From: the human T2T-CHM13v2.0 reference genome, Homo sapiens
Length of the DNA stretch: 64,000 bases
Reading direction: 5' to 3' (one strand)
NCBI RefSeq assembly: GCF_009914755.1
Contig: NC_060934.1
Below the pieces are notes generated by a model. That model was not told where the DNA came from. It searched no databases and saw nothing but the letters and a program-made list of their open reading frames with translations. A program made the position numbers and the translations under genes. The stretch's first letter is position 1, and every line of letters begins with the position of its first letter. Shown here in pieces: positions 54,215 to 64,000 of the stretch.

Positions 54215-56579
54215 AGTATAATTTTCATTTGGTCAGAATTCACCATATGACATTGAGCTATTATCAGAATAATATTGTCTGATGAAGAAATATGATTCAG
54301 TGTACGCTCATCTTCTCAAGTGATGTGGTTTGTAAAGTCTCGGTATCACAATTGGTTAGATTGTTCTTGGGCAATCTTCATCTTTGAGCATCATTTTGCT
54401 TTTCCAAATCTGCATAATTAAGTTGCAGGTCTCCTTTTTCACAACTACAATCATGTGTCTGCAAGGTGTCTGCAGGAAATCCACTTATTAACATTACACG
54501 ACCTTGGACAAGTCTGTTAATGTCTCTCAGCCTCATTCTCTCTCTCACTTTTTTTTTGTTTTAATTTGAGACAGGCTCTTGCTCTGTCGCACAGGCTGGA
54601 GTGTAGTGGCACCATCTCGGATCACTGCAGTCTCCACCTCCTGGGCTCAAGCAATTCTCCCACTTTCTCCTGTAGCCAGGACTACAGGTGAGTGGCACCA
54701 CACCCAGCTAATTTTTTAAAAAAAAAATTTTTGTAGAGAGAAGGTTTCACTGTGTTGCCCAGGCTGATCTCAAATTCCTGGCCCAGGTGATCCTCCCACC
54801 TCGGCCTCCCAAAGTGCTGGGATAACAGATGTGAACCACCACGCCTGGCCCTCCTTCTCTTTTATTTTAAAAAAAGGTGGGGGGCAGCTAATAATAGTAC
54901 TATCTTCATGGTGGCAATACTTTGTAAAGATTAATAAAATTTTACAAAAGCCTTTAGCACAACATTATAGGGTAAGAGCTCAAAATGCGGCAGATATTAT
55001 TATTACTATTATTACTAGGCTAAAAGTGTTTCCTGAAAACCAGTCCCATCCAGTGGAAGTCCATGTCAATAATGTACTGACTTAGTGAGTGCTGCTCAGT
55101 GCTCAGATAAGATGATGTTTATGAAAACGCATTGGAAAAAAGCACTATATAGAAGTTAGCTATAATGAGAATAATATTGTCTGATGAAGAAATATGATTT
55201 ACTTTGTGTTGATCTTTTGGATTGGTGTGGTTTACACAAACATGATGACACAATAGAGAGATTCTATATATAGATATAGATATATTGATATATATACATA
55301 TTATGCAAGCAGGAGTTACAAAAGGGCTCCAAAAGTTGTTCTGTTGCACAGTTTAAATGTTCCTCTTCGGTTATGTTCACATGAGTAATGTTCGTGGGAT
55401 ATATTTTTTTCCCCACATGTGGCCCAAAGGTGAATCGTCTCACAACGGGCCCGGCCTGCACTGTACTATACCTGGAGAGAGCACAGCCCAGTGATGAGGG
55501 TGGATCTGAGCTCCCTCCCTTCCACCAAGCTGTGAGGCCATGCACAAGTGATTATCTTTCTCTGTGTCTTAGAATGATAATGACAGAAATCCATTTCATT
55601 TGGAATTTGAGAACGAAAAAGTGAGTTACTAAAGGTAAAACATTTAAAATAGTGCCTGGCCTATCTGGGAAGCATTCAATGAGCGTTTGATGTCATCTAT
55701 ATTATTTTAATTACTGGACTCTCCTCTCAACTATCAACAGGAGGGAAGATCAGTTGGTGGATGGTGAAAGTTTAAATTCAATGTAGTCCCCAAATCCCCC
55801 CAAACCCTTGCAATTTGGCTCTGCCCTTAGTAACTGGGAGCCACCAAGGCCCAGAAGTGAGGGCCCCCAGGCTGTGTGGATTTGTCTTGAAGATCTTCCC
55901 GCAGTGGGAAGCCAACAGCTGGCAGGATCCACACACTATCCTCCTGGAGTGTCCTGTAGTACTCTAGAACTGTCCCAGCTTCACTATGTGTGTGTACACA
56001 TGCTGGGAAACCGCACTGATCAATACCCTCGTGTCTGCCATGGTTCTCTCTACACTGAATTTACTTGAATCAATAGGAAATTAGTGTTTCTGTATTAGAG
56101 CAGATCTTAGTCTTAGCCTTGAAAGTGTAGCTATAATACACATGCATGTTCATGAAGCTGCCACATTAAAGGGAAATATCCCTCAGACTCAGAGGATCAA
56201 TTAGCAGATGCGTTCATGACGAACTTGTTTACTCTGCTCTCGTCAACTTTTCTTTGTTGAAACTGACCTTCCCTGCTTGTATGAGAATCATTAGTGCCCA
56301 ACAGGAAAGACAGGGCTTTCCATTTCACAAGTCTGTGAGCGTTCATTTCTGAGTAGGGCCCAGGCTCAACAATATTTTCACAGAGTGACAGTCGTAATCA
56401 AGTCCTAACAAATGATTGTCCTGCACGATAGAACTGCAAATAAAACTCTACATGTTGAATGTGCTTATTGTTCCTCCTTGTTTGCAAACATGTACACAGT
56501 GAGATCTTGATTATTTCAGAGCTTGGAAAAACAAAATTGTCTTCCAGTCTGTTTGAGCACTGGTTTATTTTTCTGGCTC
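54215..56579 (-). pseudogene. Candidate decayed multi-exon pseudogene: three tandem CUB-like domain exons
   Basis: Two units share a 32-bp identical core and the peptide NHISSSDNIILIIA; a third aligns at protein level after frameshift correction; each is preceded by a pyrimidine-rich CAG acceptor. Confidence 0.4.
54549..54850 (-). mobile_element. AluJ inserted in a MIR (MIR about 54478-55015)
   Basis: ctcctgggctcaagcaattctcccac; ends cctggcc. Confidence 0.92.
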
Positions 56580-56890
56580 CTGGAGAAATGCCCAACTTTT
56601 TTGGAAGAGCGTATCTTGTGCATCCTAAACCCTCCCGCTGGGAGAAAACCTTCGGTAAAGACAGCAGGCATGAGGAAAGCGAGGCTGGGGGTGGCAAGTG
56701 GAGACCATCCCCATGAAGCCAGACGTGCGTTAGGCCACCAGGGCCACCAGCCACAGTCTGTCTTTGATGAGCTTCCTGTGAGTTCTGACCTCCGTGTAAC
56801 GACTCCTCTCTAACTACATGCTCACAAATACAACATATTTTTTCTCTGCTTGTATAGAATGTAGCTACTTGAATTTTATGTTGAGATTTC

Positions 56891-57751
56891 TGTAGAAGAT
56901 AGAGGAGAAGGCAGTGTTTTTCCTACTTTCTTACACAGTCACTCAACACAATGCTTCTGACACCAGATATGCTGGGTTTCCTCCCTGCACATCCAGCAAT
57001 TCTCTAGCAGACACCAACTGAATAAAAAATCCTGTCATTTCATTCAGTTTTGACACTATCCACCTAGAGATGGCATCAGATCCCTCAGGGCAAGGGCTCA
57101 GTCCTACAGCACTCCCATATGAGAGACCAGTCCCAAGCCCCAACTTGTGACCCATACTTCCAACCACCTGGCTATAAGTCAGGAGTCCCACAACCCCCTT
57201 CCTCACATTTGATTACTTTGTTAGAGCAGCTCACAGAATTCAGGGAGCACTTTACTTAGGCTCACCCATTTCTTATAAAGAATGCTACAAAGGATAGAGA
57301 ACAACAGCTAGATGGAAGAGATGCCTAGGATGAGGTATGGAGGAAGGGGCACAGAGCTTCCATGTCCTCTCAGGGGCAACACCCTCCAGGAACCTCCATG
57401 GGTTCAGCAACCTGGAAGCTCTCCAAACCCTGCCCGTTTGGGTTTTTATGAAGGTTTCATTATGTAGGCGTGATGGATTACATCACTGGCCACTGGTGAT
57501 GAAATCAACCTTCATCCTCTCCATGCTCCACTGAGGGTGGGAGGTGGGGCTAAAATTTCAACCTTCCAATCACAGAGTTGATTCTTCTGGCAACCATCCC
57601 CCATCCTGGGGCTGCCCAAGGGCCCCAGCCACCAGTCATCTCATTAGCATGACACTTGCTACTTTGGGGATTCCAAGGATTTTAGGAGCTGTGTGCCAGG
57701 AACCAGGGGCAAAAACCAAATGTATATTTCTAATTATATTATAACATCACA
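56891..57751 (-). mobile_element. MER21 (MER21B-like) solo LTR
   Basis: cttctgacaccag..ttgacactatccacctagagatggcatcagatccc..aagggctcagtcc..gtgccaggaaccagggg. Confidence 0.88.
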
Positions 57752-58099
57752 AGATTCAGGAGGAAAGAAATCATCCCCAACTCCTGAGAAGTTGCCATAC
57801 TCTAGAAAGAATAATGGAATTTGTAGACCTAGACTTCTCATCCTGCTTCTGCCACTTGCTATGTGACTTTAGACAACATGAGTAGCTTCTCTAGACCTCA
57901 GAGTCCCATTAGGGTAATAAAGTCTTCGGTGCTTGCCTTAAAGGATTGTTATGAAATTCAAACAGGCTAATACATTAGAAAATTCGTGGATGGTGCAAAG
58001 CATCACACAGTGTAAGGCATTATCCCTTACAGAGGCATGTGAGGTTAGCTCTTATTAAATGTTCAATGAGGAAACAAAATACAATTTTAAAAATGAACA

Positions 58100-58372
58100 G
58101 ATATGCAAAAGGGCAACTCTTGTATGCTTCCACTACAAATAGGCAAATTCATACAGACAGAAAGTAGAAGAGAGGTTACCTGGGGATGAGGGGAAGAGAG
58201 AACAGGGAATTCGTGTTTGATGGGCACAGAGTTTCTGTTGAGGATGATAGAAAGTTTCTGGAGATGGATGGCGGTGATGATTGCACAATAATGTGAATAT
58301 ACTTAAGGCCACTGGATTATACACTTAAAAATGGTTGATTTTATGTTATGCAAATTTCACCTGAATTTTAAA
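58100..58372 (+). mobile_element. L1MB 3' end
   Basis: aggcaaattcatacagacagaaagtag..ctggagatggatggcggtgatg..acacttaaaaatggtt. Confidence 0.85.
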
Positions 58373-58699
58373 AGAGAAAAGAACAGATGTGAGTCTTCCT
58401 AGTGGAGGTGACACAGGGGATGTTTTGGCAGAGGAACACGGAGTAGCACAGGAGACAGGCGAGCACGCTGGCCTCTCTGGAGCTCTAAGGAGCTGTCTGA
58501 GGCTAGAGTCACAAGCAACCTCTCTCCCAAGACGTAGAAGGACCCAGCTGCCATCTGGATTATATTTTGGGGAAGAGGGACCCCACCTTACTTTAGCCCA
58601 GAAGAACTTAAATTTTAAACTTCTGGTTTCTACAGTATAGTAGCCAACTGTCTTCTCGAATAAGTAGAGCAATGGACAATTTGCTAGATATATATTTAA

Positions 58700-61170
58700 A
58701 TAAGCAAAGGTTAAAAGTAAAAGCATTTTTTAAATGTCCCAGCTAAGTGAAAACAAAAAGAGAGCAGATGTAGTAAAATTAATAACAGAAAAAAACTGAA
58801 TTCATAGTGAAAATCATTAAAAGAGACAACTGGGATCTTTCATACTGATGAAAAGTGTATGCTTGAGCTCTCATATACTCAGCAACACAGCTTCAAGATA
58901 GCGGAAGCAGCTGAAAGATCAGATGGGATTGAGAAGCCCACATTAGAGTTTAGCACATCTCTCTCAGAAATTAATCAAGTATATTTAAAAAATGTTTCCT
59001 TCAAAAAAGCTCTCAAACCTACATTTTTAGAAATGTAAACACACGATTCTACATAAATATGGGTCAAAGAAGAAATTGTGCTGACATTTTTGAAATATTA
59101 AAGAGTGAATGACAAAGTTCAAAATATCAAAATCTATGTTTTTGCTAAACTATTACTTAGAGGGAAAGTCACAACATATGTTTGGGAAAAAAAGGTTAAA
59201 ATTGATAAAAACTGTCTGCACAAGTTAGAAAAAGAATAGCAGCATAATTGCAAAGAAAGCTGAATGAAGAAAAGTATAAAACTAGCAAGGAATAAACAGA
59301 ATAAAAGAATATACAGAATCCACAGAACCAACATTTGTTTTGTAAACTTAAATAGACAAACATCTGGCAAGATTGATTGAAGAAGCTCTAGAAGGAGAAA
59401 AAGAGAAGTCACAATAAAAACTATTAAGCATATAAAGGGGTAATATAACTATAGTCACAATTAAGATTTTAAAAATTAGAAGAAAGCGTTGATGTAAAAC
59501 AGTGTTCTTTATGTCACAGGGTTTGAAAATGTAAGTGAAAATGAATAATTTTATAGAAATACACATTACAAATGGTAAATTTAGGAAATCAGAATGGATC
59601 TCTTAAATAAATCTGAATCAAAGATTTTCTCACACCAAAGGCCCTGACCCAGTCATCTTGACAGGTGAGCTTTACCAGGCCTGCAAATAATAAATAGGTT
59701 GTCCCTCCCTCATAAAAATCACCCCCCCACCAAAATAAATAAATATTAATAAATGAAAAGTTCCCCAACTTGTCTGAAGCTAGCATCACATTGATATCAA
59801 AATCAGACAAGAACATTCAGAAAAAGGAAAATCCTTGGCCAATCTTCACAGCATCCGCCTAGCTAATCTCTCTGTTGCCATTTTTGCCCAATTAGTTTTT
59901 CTCCTCTTTGGGGCCCAGGGGATCTATTTAAAGTATAAGTCAGATACATCACCGACCTGCTCAGTAGCCCCTCCTGCTCAATATGTGCTGCCTTCCCTCT
60001 GTGCTCCTCCCCAGCCACCTTTCTGTCCTGCCCTCTACTGCTGACTGTATGCCCCCCTTCCAGCTCCCCAAGCAGGCTGAGCACTCCTGCCTCAGGGCCT
60101 TTGCACTGGCTGTTCTGCTGATACTCACATGGCTCACTCCCGCCTTTCTTGAGCCTCTGCTCAAATGCCACCTCCTCAGAGCATCCTGCCCTTACCACTT
60201 TGTCTAGGATGGCAGTCACTCTCCACCTCCTTCCCCTGTTTACTTCTCTGCCTAGTACATAGCATTACCTAGTTATTGTCTCCCTGTCTAGAATGTAAAC
60301 CCTACAAGGCAGGGATTTTTTCTATTTTATTCCCTGATGAATCCCAAAGTCCTGGAACTGTGCCTGACACATTGCTGATGCTCCAAAGTGTTTCTTAAAC
60401 AAAGAAAGAAATCTCACTTATAAAGTTAGATGTCAGGAATCTTATGAAGATATTAGCAATCTGAATCCAGAAATTATTTCAAAATACTAATAAAGCAGCA
60501 ACATGACTAGGTAAGTATTTAACCTCAGGAATGCAAGGATGGTTTAACATGAGAAATGTGCTGATGTAACTGTGGTGGGCTGAACAATGGCCCTTCAACA
60601 TGTCTGTGAATATGTTGCCTTATACAGCAAAAGGGACTTTGCCAATGTGATTGTTACATATGTTGACATCTGGATGTTATTCTGGATTATCAAGATGGGC
60701 CCATAAAATCACAAAGATCCTTATAAGAGGAGAGAAGAAGGTCAGAGTCAGAGAAGGAGATGTAAGGCTAGAAATAGAGGTGAGGAAGTTAGAAGGAAAG
60801 GGAAGAGGAGGAAGAGGGAGGGAGAGAAAGAGATTCAAAGATAAAGCAAAACTGTTGGCTTTGAAAATGGAGGAAGAGACCATGAATTAAGGAATACCAG
60901 TGGCACGTAGAGGCTGGAAAAGATGAGAAAATGGATTCTCTCCTAGAGCCTCCAGAGGAAGCACAGCCTGGTTGATACCTTGATTTTAAGACTTTTGACC
61001 TACAGAACTATAAGATAATAAATATGTGTTGTTTATTACCTTATTGTTGTTTTAAGCCATTACATTTGTGGCAATTTTTTACAGCCGCAATTGGAAATTA
61101 ACACAGCAATTTACCACATTAACAGATTAAAGAAAAGGAAATCTCAGTAGATGCTGAGAGAGCATTCAAC
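58700..61170 (+). mobile_element. Very old L1M ORF2 remnant interrupted by an L2 (about 59850-60410) and MLT1D
   Basis: caggaatgcaaggatggtttaacat, ccacattaacagattaaag..tctcagtagatgctgag, A-rich ORF2-like text. Confidence 0.65.
60571..61105 (+). mobile_element. MaLR solo LTR, MLT1D-like
   Basis: tgtggtgggctgaacaatggccc..aaagggactttgc..ggattctctcctagagcctccaga. Confidence 0.88.
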
Positions 61171-61736
61171 CACCTGCATGAGAAATCAGCAGATAGGCCC
61201 TATAGTCCCACTGGCAAGGATCAAGCCAGCTGTTCTTTATGGAGTGCTGTTTCAAGCACAGCTCAATATAACAGATAACCTGGGACTCTGGATTCAGAAA
61301 TTCCTGGCTGGGAATCTGGACTTAAAAAGCAGTTGTGTAAATTTGTAATCTCTCCTGTTAACTCGCCTCATCTGTAAAATGGGTTAAAAATATTACCTAC
61401 TTCAAAAAGCCATTATGGGATGACATGAGATGCCCTTTGCAACATTGCTAGAACAGCTGGCACCTATGAACTGCCTGCCCCAAAAAGAGTGACCCAAACC
61501 TGGCTGAGCCCTGCAGGTGACCACATGCAATTTTAGGGGAGTGACTGTTGACTTCACCATCGCTTAGAGCTGCAAAGTGCTTACACTACCCAATGTTGTA
61601 GTCCATCTGTCTTCTCTATCCACTGCAGGTGCATGTTTGCACCTGAGGCTTGGACTTCACATCAAACTCTACTGTGTCCACCATGTGAAGTCCATTCTTT
61701 GTTCCACCCATTGGGGTTCCTCCAGAGCCCAACCAC

Positions 61737-62549
61737 TGTTACCAAGCTGTACTTGGGTCTGCTCACCCAGTGCACAGAAAAAAAAACACTCACATGGGCA
61801 TTTGCAGCAAGAGAAAGTGAGGCATTTATTACAGGGTGCTGAGCAAAGAGAACCTTGCAACTAATGCTTAATACCCAAACTGCCCAATAGCTTACAAGCA
61901 AGAGTTTCTAATGGTAGGGTTACATTTCAGGAAAGCAGAAGTTATGGGAAAAGCTGTAAATCAATACATGGAGGTTTTATGTTGTTTTGGCCCAAAAAGG
62001 CAGGATATCTTGAAGTGGGCACTTAAAGGTCATAGGTGGATTCAGAGATTCTTTGATTTGCAATTGGTCAAGGAAGCAAGGCTTTCCTAAAAACTGAGGG
62101 TCAGAGTAAAGGAGCCTTCACCTGTGGCCTGGAGGACTTGCTCCAGGCCCCACAGGAAGAAATTTAGAAGAAAGAATGGCAGTCAGGGTTTAGTCCTTAG
62201 TTCCCCCTTATCTAGGTCCAAATGACAATGGTTGGCATTTTCCATTTGGCGGGGGGCCTGGGTTTCCAAAAACAACTCAAGGACATATGCTAGGTGTTAT
62301 CTTTTAGTTTCTATAGGGATCCCAAACACTTTGTGACTCTGGTTCACTTGGGTGGCTATTGTTGAAGTTATTATTTCCTTCTTATTTAGCGGGTTATTTA
62401 TTTACTTTCTTAATTGCTGATTATAGAGCTAGCTAGGTGCCTGGAATTTCCCTTGAAGAGACTCGAAATTTGTCCTTTATCTCCATGCCAGGGTTAAGGA
62501 GGGTGGGAGTGGCAGGCCCCTAAGAGGGGTCCCTGCTAGGGTCTGTGGG
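61737..62549 (-). mobile_element. ERV1 solo LTR, MER49/LTR39-like
   Basis: Minus strand gcagggacccctcttaggggcctgcc..aagggaaattccaggcacctagctagc. Confidence 0.75.
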
Positions 62550-64000
62550 CCACCTGCAAATATGATTCTAGCCTCATGTCAGCAGGACACACAGGTTTCC
62601 TAAGTCTCCAGTGTATGGTTGTTTGTCACGTTCTCTGGCCTGTCTTTGAAGACGCTGCTGATATAATGCACATTTGTTGAGGTCGTAGTCTAGGCTGGAC
62701 CCTGCCCAGCTGTTATGTGTAAGCTCACCACAACGCTTCAGGGTAGCAACAGTGGAGGAAACAGGATTACAAAAACTGGGTTAGTTTTTTGGCGGTGATG
62801 GTAACCCTGTCTGGGTGATGCTGAGGCTAGCACTCCTCCTGCCTTTGCCTCTGAGCTTGTCTAGGCCTACAGGCAGCTCAGCAGCCAGCTCACTCTAATC
62901 TCTAGGAAGAGGATCCTTGGAAAAATTGTCCTTTAGGACCTTGACAAGGCCACCTCTCCCCAAACCAACAGAGCCCAGTGCCAATCATCCATTGCCAAGC
63001 CGGCCTAATTTTCATGCAAAGAAAATGAATCCAGAAAGTCCATTCCTAGCATTCTCAACATCTCTTCTGACTCTATATTTTGCTAATCAGTAGATTTTAC
63101 TGATTTTTGCTTGGAGATTTTTAGAGACCCAGCAGATTCACTCTAGGAAATCAAATTCATTCAGCAAACAGGCAAGTCCTGTTTAATCATTGGCCAGGCT
63201 CAAAATCATCTCAACAGTAACTCACTTTACCTGAGTTAAATTGCACCTTTTCTGGAAAAGAAATTCCTAACATTGAGCTGTCTTGAAAATTCCATACCAT
63301 TGTTGGAACTCCCAATCCAAAAATTTATAATTGGTCCTGCTGGTTAACCACTAACAAATCAGCTAAATGTGAAGTTGACCATATCAACCCTATTTTTCCA
63401 TAAATTGGAAATTTCCTCTGGAATCTCATCTTTCTTAACCATGACCTTGCCTGCCCCACTCCGTACCCCCTGCCTTCTGCTACCTGAAGAGTCACTCACT
63501 GAAAGATGAAAAGGTACTTATCTTGGATTTTTCTTCTTAAAATAATCGGAAAAAACTTTTTTTATTATAAAATATAACCACATTAAGGAAGATTTGGAAA
63601 ATGGAAGAAGAAAAAGAAAAACACCTATAATCCTAGCAAACTGCATCCACTAACGGTTTGTGGAAGAAGTCCACATTGTTGCCCTTAAGATGTTAAAACT
63701 GAAACCTGTCTCAGTGTGTAACCAGGGAGACGCATGTCCTGGGCTCTTGGAACCCGCTGAGGACCAGCTGACACCAGTGCCAGGCCACCACACCTGCCCT
63801 GGGGGCAGTGTCCTGTTCTGTGTGTGCATATGTGTGTGTGTTTCCTCTTTACTTCACTCTCTTTATTGACGTTCATTCCTTTCATTTTCCACTTTACTTT
63901 TGGTTTTGTTTTTCTGCATTTCCTTCCTTTGTAACAGGTGTCTTTCAGTATCATGTTCTTAGATTCCATGCATGCTGGAGGACCTGGATGAATAGCAAAT

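Noticed and set aside
54279-54290. CTGATGA-A-GAAA as a hammerhead ribozyme core or snoRNA C box
   Set aside because: No stem II, no matching stem I/III with an NUH site, and no properly placed D box or terminal stem.
54405-54425. LNYADL ITIM-like peptide on the minus strand
   Set aside because: A six-residue match with no transmembrane context; better explained as part of the CUB-like unit or chance.
56128-56160. Further copy of the duplicated core (tagctataat..tgttcatgaag)
   Set aside because: Similarity is too short and AT-rich to support homology.
61615-63141. Minus-strand frame with RVRR furin-like site, WQWMI and terminal CTC resembling a TGF-beta/prohormone relic across the MER49-like LTR
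   Set aside because: About 8 stops in about 200 codons is what random sequence gives. The TGF-beta match needs several frameshifts and the Cys spacing is wrong.

Overview
Primate (human-like) genomic DNA, apparently intergenic or deep intronic. It is dominated by decayed interspersed repeats: Alu J/S/Y and FLAM, L1PB/L1MB/L1ME, L2, MIR, MaLR LTRs (MLT1, MST, THE1), ERVL LTRs (LTR16/LTR33/MER21), ERV1 LTRs (MER4B, MER34, MER39, MER49-like, MER50) and DNA transposons (Tigger1, Tigger4a, MER1A, MER5A, MER94, a Zaphod-like hAT). I see no intact protein-coding gene, rRNA, tRNA or CRISPR array; the supplied ORFs are repeat-derived or random. The most notable items are: (1) three tandem, mutually homologous, exon-like non-repeat units on the minus strand at about 54.2-56.6 kb that read as decayed CUB-like domains (a candidate lost gene); (2) a near full-length hAT/Tip100 (Zaphod-like) transposon with a readable transposase fossil at about 33.4-37.8 kb; (3) a full-length Tigger1; (4) several informative nested insertions with target-site duplications (TSDs). 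Repeat subfamily names come from recalled consensus sequences, not a database search, and boundaries of old repeats are approximate.
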